A stretch of DNA of 64,000 bases, taken from the NCBI GenBank assembly GCA_963620035.1, contig CAVEXN010000009.1, forward strand, positions 5,332 to 69,331. The letters are read 5' to 3'. Below the pieces are notes generated by a model. That model did not search any database, had not been told where the DNA came from, and saw only the letters and a program-made list of their open reading frames with translations. Origin of the DNA: Oscillospiraceae bacterium. GTDB lineage: Bacteria > Bacteroidota > Bacteroidia > Bacteroidales > WCHB1-69. Both the position numbers and the translations under genes were made by a program. The first letter of the stretch is position 1; the number at the start of each line of letters is the position of its first letter. This document shows, in pieces, positions 9,684 through 19,448 of this stretch.

Positions 9684-11033
9684 TTATAGGAAGAACAGGT
9701 AGTCGCAAAGCACATAGATGCCGGCGCCGGCGAGGTAGCCGGCTATTGCCAGAGGCGTGATGCGCTTGAGATACCATATAAAGTCAATTTTCTCCATACC
9801 CATGACGGCCACGCCGGCGGCTGAACCGATGATGAGGATGCTGCCGCCCGTTCCGGCGCAGTAGGAGAGGAATACCCAGAATGTGTCGTCCACCGGGAAG
9901 TTATACATGCCCATAGCACCGGCCACCAGCGGAACGTTGTCCACGATGGAGGAGAGAAATCCTATGACGATGTCGATGAGATGATAGTTGCCGTTGAATG
10001 CGGTATCCATACTGCCGGCAAGAATGGAGAGGTGTCCGGCACTTTGAAGACCGGCCACGGCAAGCAATATGCCGAGGAAGAAAAGAATGCTTGACAAGTC
10101 GATTTTAGCGAGGATGTCAGTGATGCGCAGATGGTATTTATGTTCTGTGTCTTTGCGGTAGATGATTTCCGTAGTGATCCAAAGCACGGAAAGACCCAGC
10201 ATAATGCCCATATATGGTTTCAGATGGGTGAGCATCTTGAAGACGGGAACGAAAATGAGTGCGCCGATGCCCATCCAGAAGATGAGGTTACGCTGCCACA
10301 ACGGGATTTCTGTTTTGTCGTCCCTGTTTTCCAAAACCTGTCTTGGCGGGATTTCGCCTTTCTCGTAGAAAGAGACGATAATGAGCGGGATGACCATGGA
10401 AACCACGCTCGGGAGGAAGCAGCGTGTGATGACTGCGCCCGTAGAGATTTTGCCGGCAATCCAGAGCATGATGGTGGTCACGTCGCCGATAGGTGACCAT
10501 GCGCCGCCTGCGTTGGCCGCCAGAATGATCATGCCGCCGAAAAACCAGCGGTCTTTCTGGTCGGTGATCAGCTTGCGCAGCAAGGCAATCATTACAATGG
10601 CGGTGGTGAGGTTGTCAAGCAGTGCAGACAGGAAGAATGTGAGGAAAGAGAGCGACCAGAGCAGTTTCACCTTGCTTTTGGTTTTGATGTGGTCGGTGAT
10701 GATGTTGAAGCCGCCGTGAGAGTCTATCAGTTCCACTACGGTCATGGCCCCCATCAGGTAGAAGAGGATCTCGGCGATGTCGCCAAGGTGTTCGATGAGT
10801 TCGCTTTTAGTGATGAAATCCACAAAAGTGCCCCCCTCGTGCGTGGCCAGATAGTTCCGGTAACCTTGCCCGAAGCCGGAGACGGTGAAGATGTCGGGGC
10901 CTGCAAGAATGTAGCAGAGCCATATCAGGACTCCTAACATCAGGGCGAAAGCGGATTTGTTCACTTTCAGCGGATGTTCGAGGGCAATGCACGCATAGCC
11001 GACGACAAACAGGATAATCATTAAGTAAAACAT
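9684..11033 (-). CDS. nhaD: NhaD/ArsB-family Na+/H+ antiporter
   Basis: 449 aa polytopic membrane protein with NhaD-like N-terminus and repeated GGxxSPIGD / GSAAGV segments. Confidence 0.75.
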   Translation of the reverse strand: MFYLMIILFVVGYACIALEHPLKVNKSAFALMLGVLIWLCYILAGPDIFTVSGFGQGYRNYLATHEGGTFVDFITKSELIEHLGDIAEILFYLMGAMTVVELIDSHGGFNIITDHIKTKSKVKLLWSLSFLTFFLSALLDNLTTAIVMIALLRKLITDQKDRWFFGGMIILAANAGGAWSPIGDVTTIMLWIAGKISTGAVITRCFLPSVVSMVIPLIIVSFYEKGEIPPRQVLENRDDKTEIPLWQRNLIFWMGIGALIFVPVFKMLTHLKPYMGIMLGLSVLWITTEIIYRKDTEHKYHLRITDILAKIDLSSILFFLGILLAVAGLQSAGHLSILAGSMDTAFNGNYHLIDIVIGFLSSIVDNVPLVAGAMGMYNFPVDDTFWVFLSYCAGTGGSILIIGSAAGVAVMGMEKIDFIWYLKRITPLAIAGYLAGAGIYVLCDYLFFL

Positions 11034-11071
11034 AACAATAGGCGTGATTTTTAGTTAGAAAAAAATATCGG

Positions 11072-11785
11072 TTAGAAGATGCTCAACGAGACTCCTACAG
11101 ACATCGGACAGATCTTGGGACCTTTCCCGGTACTGAAGACCGGTGTGAGTTGGAAACCGTAATAGACATCTACGAATTTCCATCCGATCCTGGTGTAAAC
11201 GTCCACGTTGTATTTCATTTTGTTTTCCATCCTCAGGTTCTTGTACATAACGGTGTCGGCAGCGGTTGACGGGTCTTGCCCTTTGTATTTTTGCGAGACG
11301 TTGCAGATAAGTCCTGCACGTGCACCTATCGTGAATTTGAATCCGCTATCGTGCCGATAGCGGAACTCCAACGGGATGTTCACGTTCAGATAGTTCATCT
11401 TTACGGTATTGAACTTCACCTGGCTCGGCAGCACGAGGTATCGCATGATTTCTTTGTCTTCGTCATACTGCAGCAGGGCGTTGCTGTATTGAGTGTAGTA
11501 GGAGATTCCGACACCGAGACCGAATGCGACGGGTTTCTTGTTGGTGTTGAAGTCCCAAATGGCGGACACGTTGAATCCGGGGTCGAATTTGGCGTGGTTC
11601 ACCTCACTGGGCATACCCATCCAGAATGTATGGTAGATGTCCATGATCAAGCGGTCGCGGAAGATGACAGGCTTGGGCTCGTTTTTGTCTTGCAGCGTAG
11701 AATCGGGGCTGCTTTCTGTCTGACTAAAGGTTATCTGTATGAGTGATAGGCACAAGATAGCCAAAGGAATGATTCTTCTTGTCAT
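11072..11785 (-). CDS. Outer membrane beta-barrel protein (porin-family, uncharacterised)
   Basis: Signal peptide, alternating amphipathic strands, C-terminal ...VSLSIF aromatic terminus. Confidence 0.6.
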   Translation of the reverse strand: MTRRIIPLAILCLSLIQITFSQTESSPDSTLQDKNEPKPVIFRDRLIMDIYHTFWMGMPSEVNHAKFDPGFNVSAIWDFNTNKKPVAFGLGVGISYYTQYSNALLQYDEDKEIMRYLVLPSQVKFNTVKMNYLNVNIPLEFRYRHDSGFKFTIGARAGLICNVSQKYKGQDPSTAADTVMYKNLRMENKMKYNVDVYTRIGWKFVDVYYGFQLTPVFSTGKGPKICPMSVGVSLSIF

Positions 11786-11803
11786 AAAAACATTTTAAGG
11801 CGG

Positions 11804-11811
11804 CAAAGATA
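11804..11811 (-). promoter_or_regulatory. -7 box TATCTTTG (minus strand) for the 11072-11785 OMP gene
   Basis: Reverse complement of caaagata, 19 nt upstream of the ATG. Confidence 0.45.
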
Positions 11812-11853
11812 ACAAAAAAAACAAAGGGGGCGAATTATGATTTCGTCCCCTTT
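11812..11853 (-). terminator. Rho-independent terminator after ppdK
   Basis: gggggcgaa / ttcgtcccc stem (one G-U) followed on the minus strand by a T-rich run. Confidence 0.7.
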
Positions 11854-11881
11854 GTATCATTGTCGGAATGAGTTCCCGGTG

Positions 11882-14623
11882 TTATTTGCCGCAGGAGCAG
11901 CAGTTGCTTTTTTCTGTCAAGATGGCAGCCTGAGCTGCGGCCAGACGGGCGACTGGCACGCGGAACGGGGAACAAGACACATAGTTCATGCCGCAGTTGT
12001 AGAAGAAAGCAGCTGCGGATGGGTCTCCGCCATGCTCGCCGCAAACGCCGCACTTGAGGTCGCTGCGGGTGGAACGTCCGCGCTCTACGCCGATCTTGAC
12101 CAGTTCTCCAACGCATTCGCTGTCGAATGTGTTGAACGGGTCGGCGGGGATGATCTTGTCCTCGACATATTTGTGGACAATGGCGTTGACATCGTCGCGG
12201 GAGAAACCGAATGTCATCTGTGTAAGGTCGTTGGTGCCGAAACTGAAGAAGTCGGCTACTTCTGCGATTTTGTTGGCCACGAGCGCTGCACGCGGGATTT
12301 CAATCATCGTGCCGAAGCGGTATTCGATCTTGACGTTGTATTTGGCTTCAACATCAGCCTTGACTCTGGTGGCGATGGCTTTCTGGTTGCGCAGTTCGGC
12401 GGCATTGATGGTCAGCGGGACCATAATCTCGAGGTGCGGGTCAAAGCCTTCGTTCATCAGTTCGGCGGTGGCGGAGAAGAGCGCCCTGAACTGTGTCTCC
12501 GTGATTTCAGGATAGATGATGCCGAGACGAACGCCGCGGAGTCCCATCATCGGGTTCACCTCGTGCAGTGACTCGATGCGTTTGTGGATTTTCTCATAGT
12601 CAAGTCCGCGTTCTTCGGCCACTTCGCGCTGTTTTTCTTCGGACTGCGGGACAAATTCGTGCAACGGGGGGTCCATCAGACGGAAAGTCAGCGGTTTGCC
12701 GTCCATGACTTTGAGTGTGCTTTTGGCGGCTTCCTTGACATAAGGTTCAAGTTCGTTGAGAGCGGCGATCCTGTCTTCTGTCGTGTCAGCAAGAATCATC
12801 TTGCGAAGTTTCTCGAGAGGTTCTTCGCTGTTTTTGCCGTAGAACATGTGTTCAATGCGGAAGAGGCCGATGCCTTCGGCTCCGAAATCGATGGCGTTCT
12901 GAGCATCTTCCGGCGTGTCGGCATTGGTGCGTACGCCCATCTTGCGGTATTTGTCCACGAGTTTCATGAACTCCTGGAAGAGCGGGTTCTCTGTGGCGTC
13001 GATCATCTTGACGGTGTCGGCATAGACCCACCCCTTGGACCCGTTGAGGCTCAGGGTGTCACCCTCCTTGAATGTTTTCCCGTTGATGGTGACGGTGCGG
13101 CTTGCCATGTCAATCTTGACGGCGTCGCAGCCCACGATGCAGCATTTGCCCCAGCCGCGTGCCACGAGAGCGGCGTGTGACGTCATGCCGCCGCGTGCGG
13201 TCAGGATGCCGGTGGCAGAACGCATGCCTTCTACGTCTTCCGGGTTGGTTTCCTCGCGGACGAGGATGTTCTTTATGTTCTCGGCCGTATAAGCCATGGA
13301 TTTTTCACTGTCAAGGGCTATGACGCCAACGGCGCCGCCAGGTCCTGCGGGAAGACCCTTGGCCAGCACGTCGTGTTTTTTCTCGTCTGAAGCGTCCAGG
13401 ATGGGGTGCAGCAACTCGTCAAGCTGGGCGGGAGAGACACGCATCACCACCTCTTTCTCGTCGATGAGGCCTTCGTGCAGCATATCGAGCGCCATCGTCA
13501 GTGCGGCCACGCCCGTGCGTTTGCCGACACGGCACTGAAGCATATACAACCTGCCTTCTTGAATGGTGAACTCGATGTCGAGCATATCGTGGAAGTTCTT
13601 TTCGAGAATCTCGCGGATGTCACAGAGTTCTTTATAGGTGTCAGGCATCAACTCTTGCATAGAGTGCATCATCCTGTTCTGTTCGTTCTTCGTGTCGTCG
13701 TTCAGCGGGTTAGGGGTGCGGATGCCGGCCACGACGTCCTCGCCCTGGGCGTTGATGAGCCATTCGCCATAGAACTGGTTGTCGCCCGTGGCAGGATTGC
13801 GGGTGAAAGCCACGCCGGTGGCTGAACTGTCGCCCATGTTACCGAATACCATAGCCTGCACGTTTACTGCCGTGCCCCAATCGTCCGGAATGCCCTCGAT
13901 GCGGCGGTAGGAGATGGCTTTCTTGCCGTTCCAGCTCTTGAACACGGCCTTGATGCCGCCTTCCAACTGGGCCTTGGCATCGTCTGGGAACTCTTCTCCG
14001 AGCGCCTCCTTGATTTTTGCCTTGAACTCGTTTGAAAGCTGCAGCAACTCTTCTGCCGTGATCTCTGTGTCGCTCTTGTAGCCTTTCAGCGCCTTGAACT
14101 CATCGAGTTTGTCGTCAAGGATTTTGCGGATGCCCTTGCCCTCGGCAGGCTCGCGGCCCTCGGCTTTCTCCATGACCACATCGGCATACATCATAATCAG
14201 ACGCCGGTATGAGTCATAAACGAAACGCGGATTGTTGGTCTTCTTGATGAGACCGGGAAGTGTCTTTGAACTGAGACCGATGTTCAGTACGGTATCCATC
14301 ATGCCGGGCATGGAACTGCGTGCCCCAGAACGGCATGAAACCAGCAGCGGGTTCTCTGCATCGTCATATTTAAGCCCCATTATTCTCTCAACATTGGAGA
14401 TGCCTGTCCATACATCCTCCATCAAACCTTCAGGAAGTTGACACTTATTGGCATAATAGGCCGTACAACATTCGGTCGTGATGGTGAGGCCTGCGGGAAC
14501 GGGAAGCCCGAGAAGGCACATTTCGGCAAGGTTCGCTCCTTTGCCACCAAGCAGGTTCTTCATGTCTGCTTTACCTTCGGCAGTCTTTCCTCCAAAGGTA
14601 TAAACGTACTTTACGTTACTCAT
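11882..14623 (-). CDS. ppdK: Pyruvate, phosphate dikinase
   Basis: GGMTSHAALVARG phosphohistidine motif, CGEHGGDP PEP-utiliser C-terminal motif, about 913 aa. The track start is a TTG two codons upstream of the ATG at 14623. Confidence 0.97.
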   Translation of the reverse strand: MSNVKYVYTFGGKTAEGKADMKNLLGGKGANLAEMCLLGLPVPAGLTITTECCTAYYANKCQLPEGLMEDVWTGISNVERIMGLKYDDAENPLLVSCRSGARSSMPGMMDTVLNIGLSSKTLPGLIKKTNNPRFVYDSYRRLIMMYADVVMEKAEGREPAEGKGIRKILDDKLDEFKALKGYKSDTEITAEELLQLSNEFKAKIKEALGEEFPDDAKAQLEGGIKAVFKSWNGKKAISYRRIEGIPDDWGTAVNVQAMVFGNMGDSSATGVAFTRNPATGDNQFYGEWLINAQGEDVVAGIRTPNPLNDDTKNEQNRMMHSMQELMPDTYKELCDIREILEKNFHDMLDIEFTIQEGRLYMLQCRVGKRTGVAALTMALDMLHEGLIDEKEVVMRVSPAQLDELLHPILDASDEKKHDVLAKGLPAGPGGAVGVIALDSEKSMAYTAENIKNILVREETNPEDVEGMRSATGILTARGGMTSHAALVARGWGKCCIVGCDAVKIDMASRTVTINGKTFKEGDTLSLNGSKGWVYADTVKMIDATENPLFQEFMKLVDKYRKMGVRTNADTPEDAQNAIDFGAEGIGLFRIEHMFYGKNSEEPLEKLRKMILADTTEDRIAALNELEPYVKEAAKSTLKVMDGKPLTFRLMDPPLHEFVPQSEEKQREVAEERGLDYEKIHKRIESLHEVNPMMGLRGVRLGIIYPEITETQFRALFSATAELMNEGFDPHLEIMVPLTINAAELRNQKAIATRVKADVEAKYNVKIEYRFGTMIEIPRAALVANKIAEVADFFSFGTNDLTQMTFGFSRDDVNAIVHKYVEDKIIPADPFNTFDSECVGELVKIGVERGRSTRSDLKCGVCGEHGGDPSAAAFFYNCGMNYVSCSPFRVPVARLAAAQAAILTEKSNCCSCGK

Positions 14624-14669
14624 ATTCAATACTTTAAATTAATAGTTTGCAACTTCAGTTTTGAGAGCG

Positions 14670-14677
14670 CAAAAATA
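14670..14677 (-). promoter_or_regulatory. -7 box TATTTTTG for ppdK
   Basis: Reverse complement of caaaaata, about 47 nt upstream of the ATG. Confidence 0.45.
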
Positions 14678-14692
14678 GCAAATATTACTGAT

Positions 14693-16918
14693 CTACAGAC
14701 TTGTTTTTATAATCTTTTTGCGTGATGTGTGATTTATTTCGATGATATAGATGCCGTCTTCCAGGTCGCCGAGGTCGATCCGCGTTCCGTAAGCATGTCT
14801 TAATCTTCTCCCTGATAGGTCCAGTACGTCAATGTCGGCCGCCCAGTTGCCGTTCTCTTCCAGCTCTATCCGAAGCATTCCGCTTGTTGGATTAGGATAA
14901 ATGCGCAGTTTCGCCCCTTTCTTTGTCGTCGTGCTTATGTTGACGGGACGTGTGGTCGGCGTGCGCCCTTTGAAAAAACATACTCCGCCGGCATAGTTGC
15001 CTGTGATGAGGTCCGGGAAATCTCCGCCGCAGAGTTTTGCTGCCGCAACCCCCGAACGGATTCCGTCTTTGACTGTGTGTGTGCATGACAGGCATACGCT
15101 GTCATCCGCTTCTGAAATGCTTCCTGCCGGCCGGAACGTGTCGTCAAGGTGGCCGTCTATGTGTTTATAGTAGAAGATCTCGCCCTGCTCACTGCCGCAG
15201 AAGAGCACTGTGCCGTGCAGACTGTCGCGAAAAAGGCAAGGCACGCTGTGCCCGAAATAGGACTGTTCGTAGTCGCGCACATCCACGTTTCCTAAATTGT
15301 CGGTGACTTTCTCGAAAGAGGGGCTGCCGGCAGCGCCGCTGTTTCGCCAATAGCTGAGTGTGCCGCGCCGGTTGCCGATGATGAGGTCGTTGAGCCCGTC
15401 ATAGTCGAGGTCGAAAAAAAACGGCGTGCTGAACTTGTCGCAAGTAATGCTTTGGTACTGTTTTGTAACAGTGTCGTTTCCGCCGTTGAGCCGTCCGTGG
15501 GGGACCAACATCAGCGAGCCGTCCTGCATGCCGCACAGCATGTCGGTGCGGCCGTCGCCGTCAAAGTCACCGAATGTGGGGTGCAGAGCCTTGAGGTTCA
15601 TTGCTTTGAGATTTCCGAAGTCAGCGGTCTGCAGCCGGAACACGGGTGCGCCCGGCACCCCTGTGTTCCTGTAATAGCTTACGGATGATGAGAAATGCGA
15701 TAAGGGAAGCCCGTTGTCGGTGGTCACGCTGTCGAAACTGCCATAGTTGGCAATGAACAGGTCCACTAACCCGTCGCCGTCATAGTCATACAGCACAGGC
15801 CTGCTTCCGCTGCCTACATCGACCATCTCAGCTTGCAGGAAGGCTTTGTTGGCTAATGTATATTGTTGGAGCAGCGAGTCGTAGTCGTATTGCCAAACGC
15901 TGTTGCAGTCGTGCGATTTAGTCAGCGAGGGGTCCGACGGGGAGACTATCAACGAGGGGCTCCCGTGTCCGGGCAAGGTGACGAATGAGGGAGCGGGCAT
16001 CGAGAACAGGTCAATAGGCGTATGTGCCGGGAATGCGGTGTCTTGCCGTGTCATTCGTGCTTCAGCTGCCGTGCCGTGGTTGTAAAGCAGGATAAGGTGC
16101 GGCGAGTCGATGTCGCCGACCAACAAGTCCTGCAGCCCGTTGCCGTCAAAGTCGTGCAGCAGCATAGAGGAGCCGGTGTGGCGTGTGGCTTCCCGGAGGT
16201 CATGGTTCTTGTCGGAACAGTCGGAGAACAGGGTGATCCGGTTGTTGTCAGCCGCCTCGGCGAAGTGTCCCCAACATTCGTTCTCGAGTCTGAAGCCGAA
16301 TGTTTCCGTGTCGTCGCTGTAGTTGCGCAAAAAGTGTACGTATTTGCCGAGGACCCAGAAGTTAAGAATGTCGATCCGACCGTCCCCGTCAATGTCTTCG
16401 ATGACAGGATAGTCGTTTGGAGAGGCGAAGATGTTGACGTAGCCGTTGTAATAAAAAGCGTCGAGTTGGTCGGTGACGAGGGAGAAAGAGAGCGAGTCGT
16501 TGTGTGAAGTGTTCTTGAACACGCATATGCCTGCCAGTCCGTATGTGAAAATGTCGGGTTGTCCGTCGCCGTTGTAGTCTTTGAGTATGGCCCAGTCGTG
16601 AAGATTCGGGAACTGCCGGGCATATTGTGGGGCGAACACGAAGCGGTTGTGCTGCCGCAGGAAGGTCAGGATGCGGTTGCCGTGTTTTTCAAAAGCGAAC
16701 AAATCGTTGATTCCGTCGCCGTTGAGGTCGATTTCAGAGAATCTGACAGCGTTAATGCCGCCGGTCCAAGGTTGCGGCAAGGTGTCTTGGCCGTGAATCA
16801 CGGGTATGGAGGTGTCGCGGAAAAAACTGAAGTCTTCAATGTCACCTTGTCCGAGAGCCTGCCATGCCGGCATGATGAGGCAGAACGTGAGGCAGAGGGC
16901 AAGGGGAAGTGCTCTCAT
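14693..16918 (-). CDS. FG-GAP/VCBS repeat protein (7 DxDGDG blades) with T9SS C-terminal sorting domain
   Basis: Seven Ca-binding-like repeats (DLNGDGINDL, DYNGDGQPDI, DIDGDGRIDI, DFDGNGLQDL, DYDGDGLVDL, DFDGDGRTDM, DLDYDGLNDL). C-terminus IYPNPTSG...GIYIIEI. Confidence 0.8.
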   Translation of the reverse strand: MRALPLALCLTFCLIMPAWQALGQGDIEDFSFFRDTSIPVIHGQDTLPQPWTGGINAVRFSEIDLNGDGINDLFAFEKHGNRILTFLRQHNRFVFAPQYARQFPNLHDWAILKDYNGDGQPDIFTYGLAGICVFKNTSHNDSLSFSLVTDQLDAFYYNGYVNIFASPNDYPVIEDIDGDGRIDILNFWVLGKYVHFLRNYSDDTETFGFRLENECWGHFAEAADNNRITLFSDCSDKNHDLREATRHTGSSMLLHDFDGNGLQDLLVGDIDSPHLILLYNHGTAAEARMTRQDTAFPAHTPIDLFSMPAPSFVTLPGHGSPSLIVSPSDPSLTKSHDCNSVWQYDYDSLLQQYTLANKAFLQAEMVDVGSGSRPVLYDYDGDGLVDLFIANYGSFDSVTTDNGLPLSHFSSSVSYYRNTGVPGAPVFRLQTADFGNLKAMNLKALHPTFGDFDGDGRTDMLCGMQDGSLMLVPHGRLNGGNDTVTKQYQSITCDKFSTPFFFDLDYDGLNDLIIGNRRGTLSYWRNSGAAGSPSFEKVTDNLGNVDVRDYEQSYFGHSVPCLFRDSLHGTVLFCGSEQGEIFYYKHIDGHLDDTFRPAGSISEADDSVCLSCTHTVKDGIRSGVAAAKLCGGDFPDLITGNYAGGVCFFKGRTPTTRPVNISTTTKKGAKLRIYPNPTSGMLRIELEENGNWAADIDVLDLSGRRLRHAYGTRIDLGDLEDGIYIIEINHTSRKKIIKTSL

Positions 16919-16920
16919 GG

Positions 16921-17880
16921 TTACCTTACGCGGAGTCGTTGTCCTTCGCGGATGAAATCGCTTCTGAGCCGGTTGAGTTTTTTGAGTTTTGATACTGAAG
17001 TGTGGTATTTGATGGCGATTTTTCCCAGGTTGTCGCCTTTGCGTACCTTGTAATAGGCAGTCGTGGTCTGAGGTTTCGTGGCGGCCAGTTGCGACGGGTC
17101 TGTTTTGGGCGGTGCAGGGGTGGAAACGCTGTAGCCGGAGACGTACATCGTATCGTACTTCAGGCAGAAATTGTTGAAGTCAACGAGTCTGTTAGGGTTG
17201 ATGTCTATGCCGAGGTAGCGGATTTCGAAGTGGAGATGGGAGCCGTAGGAGCGTCCCGTGTTGCCGCCCAGTCCGATGATGTCGCCGGCATGTACCACTT
17301 GTCCGGGGTTCACGAGGCGGCGTGAGAGGTGGGCGTAATAGGTTTCAAGTCCGTTGTCGTGCCGTATGACGATGAGGTTGCCGTAGCCGCCGGTGTTGCT
17401 GCCTTTGGAAATGCGGACCATTCCGTCCCAGGCGGCTGCTACAGGCGTGCCGGTAGGATAGCCGAGGTCAACGCCGCGGTGCATGCGCCGCCGCCGCCAA
17501 CCGTAGTTGGAGGTTACTTTGTAGTTGGCAGGGTGATGATAGCCGGCAAGGCTGACCGTGTCTTTTGCCGCCGAGCCGATGTGCCGGTAATGTATGCGCA
17601 CAATGTCGAAATTCTGGTAGAGATTTGCCCCCGGCATCCACTTGAAGTAGGTGAACAACATCCCGTCACCATGGTCCACGTTGTCGAAAAGTGCCTGGTC
17701 TTCGTCTATTTGCATCATGTCGCCCAAGGTGTCTTCCGGGATGTCCGCCTCGACATGGGCGGTGTCGTTGACGACGTGGAACTGGATGTGGTTGTCCTGC
17801 TGAATTTGCGCGTTCCCTTGAAAGGTGAGGCAGGATATGAAAAGGGTCAGGGTGACTATTGCGGAAAATGTTCTTTTCAT
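16921..17880 (-). CDS. M23 family metallopeptidase with C-terminal LysM domain
   Basis: HxxxD (HRGVD) and HLHFE zinc motifs. LysM-like YYKVRKGDNLGKIAIKYHTSVSKLKKLN at the C-terminus. Signal peptide. Confidence 0.88.
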   Translation of the reverse strand: MKRTFSAIVTLTLFISCLTFQGNAQIQQDNHIQFHVVNDTAHVEADIPEDTLGDMMQIDEDQALFDNVDHGDGMLFTYFKWMPGANLYQNFDIVRIHYRHIGSAAKDTVSLAGYHHPANYKVTSNYGWRRRRMHRGVDLGYPTGTPVAAAWDGMVRISKGSNTGGYGNLIVIRHDNGLETYYAHLSRRLVNPGQVVHAGDIIGLGGNTGRSYGSHLHFEIRYLGIDINPNRLVDFNNFCLKYDTMYVSGYSVSTPAPPKTDPSQLAATKPQTTTAYYKVRKGDNLGKIAIKYHTSVSKLKKLNRLRSDFIREGQRLRVR

Positions 17881-17895
17881 GCGGTTCTGTTCGGG

Positions 17896-18126
17896 TTAGG
17901 GATTATGCCTTTTCCTGGCGTTGTTCTTCTTGATGTAGTAAGTGGTAGTCTGCGAGGTGGTGGCATTCCATTTGGGCTGATGACGCGTTCTCTTTTTGTT
18001 GTAGGCGGCTTTGTGTTTCGTGTTGGGCCGCGAAGTGCTGCACGATGTGAACGACACAAGAAGAAACGCACATGCCGTAAGCAGCAGAATATGACAGAAA
18101 GAAAATCTTCTACCCATTTTTTCCAT
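17896..18126 (-). CDS. Small, very basic putative lipoprotein (about 76 aa)
   Basis: Hydrophobic segment ending LVSFTSC (lipobox-like), then a K/R/T-rich tail. 15 nt upstream of the M23 gene. Start set at the ATG because the track TTG lies inside the -7 box. Confidence 0.4.
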   Translation of the reverse strand: MEKMGRRFSFCHILLLTACAFLLVSFTSCSTSRPNTKHKAAYNKKRTRHQPKWNATTSQTTTYYIKKNNARKRHNP

Positions 18127-18138
18127 TTTTTCAGGGCG

Positions 18139-18146
18139 CAAATATA
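18139..18146 (-). promoter_or_regulatory. -7 box TATATTTG for the lipoprotein-M23-FG-GAP unit
   Basis: Reverse complement of caaatata, 13 nt upstream of the ATG at 18126. Confidence 0.45.
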
Positions 18147-18366
18147 CACTTTATTTTTTAACTGCGGCTTTTCTTTGAGAATATTGTTTGCGCTAAACGC
18201 CCGCTTTTCTTTGCCGACAATCAGGTTTTATAATATATAAAATGTATGATTGGCTGACGTTCTGTTTTTGCGGAATAATCCAGGAAAGAAGGGAAAGGCA
18301 TTTTTATGCAATGGGTGTTTATGGCAAAAAAAACGGTCCGTAAGTATTGCATACATTTTTGTTTTG

Positions 18367-18374
18367 TATTTTTG
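18367..18374 (+). promoter_or_regulatory. -7 box TATTTTTG for the nrnA-like gene
   Basis: TAnnTTTG match. It lies inside the track ORF, so the real start must be downstream. Confidence 0.45.
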
Positions 18375-18394
18375 CGCTCTTAAACTCGAAAAAA

Positions 18395-19432
18395 TTGAAA
18401 AGGCAAGAGATTCAGAAAGTCAAAGACATCCTGCGGTCTGTGCATAAGATGGCGGTTGTCTTCCATTTCAATCCTGACGGTGATGCCGTAGGTTGCGCCT
18501 TGGCGCTGTATCACTATTTCAACAATGACGGCTACGAGGTTTCCGTCGTGTCGCCAAACGCTTTCCCTGATTTTCTGGGTTGGATGGACGGCAGCGAGCA
18601 TATCATTGTGGCGCAAGAGAATCCAGAAAAGGCCCAAGAGGCAATCCGCGATTCGGAACTCCTGTTTGTTGTTGATATGAATGCACCTCACCGCGCCGGC
18701 GACCTGGCAGACAGCATCAGGAATTTCGACGGAGCCAAGATACTGATAGACCATCATCTTCAGCCCGACATTCATTGTGACGTGATGTATTCGACCCCCA
18801 AAACCAGTTCGGCTTGCGAGTTGGTGTATAACTTCCTGTACCGTTACTTGACCCCCGACCGCCCGTTTACGAAAGCTATCGCAGAGGCGCTCTATGTGGG
18901 CATCATTACCGACACGGGGTCGGTTTCGTATGCTTGCGACTGCCCGAACACTTACCACGTGCTCAAGAAACTGATCTCTTCCGGCATCGACGGGGAGTCT
19001 ATTCACCGGAAAGTATATGACAACTATTCCGAAAGCCGTATCAGACTGCTTGGTCTCGCTTTGTCGCAGCGTCTTACCGTTCTTCATGAGTTTGGCGTTT
19101 CTTATATCTATCTGACGAAAAAAGACCTGCTCGACAACAATTTCCAGATTGGCGACACGGAGGGATTCGTCAACTACGGACTCTCTATAAAGTCTGTCGA
19201 ATTCACGGCTTTTTTCACCGAACGCGACAACCGGATACGCGTCTCTTTCCGCTCCAAAGGAGATTTTGACGTCAATGTCTTTGCGCGCCGGTACTTCAAT
19301 GGCGGCGGTCACCGCAATGCCGCCGGCGCTTTCTATAACGGCACCGTCCAAGAGGCTGTCGCACATTTTGAGGCGGCGGTAAAGGCTGAAAGAACAGGAT
19401 GCACCGCCAATGCCAAAGTCAAAAAGGCCTGA
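18395..19432 (+). CDS. nrnA: DHH/DHHA1 phosphoesterase (oligoribonuclease / pAp phosphatase NrnA-like)
   Basis: Motifs NPDGDAVG, DMN, IDHH, GIITDTG, GGGHRNAAG. Start uncertain: TTG at 18395 (21 nt after the -7 box) or ATG at 18449. Confidence 0.82.
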   Translation: MKRQEIQKVKDILRSVHKMAVVFHFNPDGDAVGCALALYHYFNNDGYEVSVVSPNAFPDFLGWMDGSEHIIVAQENPEKAQEAIRDSELLFVVDMNAPHRAGDLADSIRNFDGAKILIDHHLQPDIHCDVMYSTPKTSSACELVYNFLYRYLTPDRPFTKAIAEALYVGIITDTGSVSYACDCPNTYHVLKKLISSGIDGESIHRKVYDNYSESRIRLLGLALSQRLTVLHEFGVSYIYLTKKDLLDNNFQIGDTEGFVNYGLSIKSVEFTAFFTERDNRIRVSFRSKGDFDVNVFARRYFNGGGHRNAAGAFYNGTVQEAVAHFEAAVKAERTGCTANAKVKKA

Positions 19433-19448
19433 ACAGAATAAACCGGAG

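Noticed and set aside
18141-18347. ORF-track start codons that are TTG or GTG rather than ATG. Examples: 18141, 18347, 14629, 26010, 34255, 60525, 1604.
   Set aside because: Several of these fall inside, or a few nt from, the TAnnTTTG promoter box, whose TTG is read as a start. An ATG or a better-placed start follows in frame. I adjusted the coordinates rather than treating the extensions as real.
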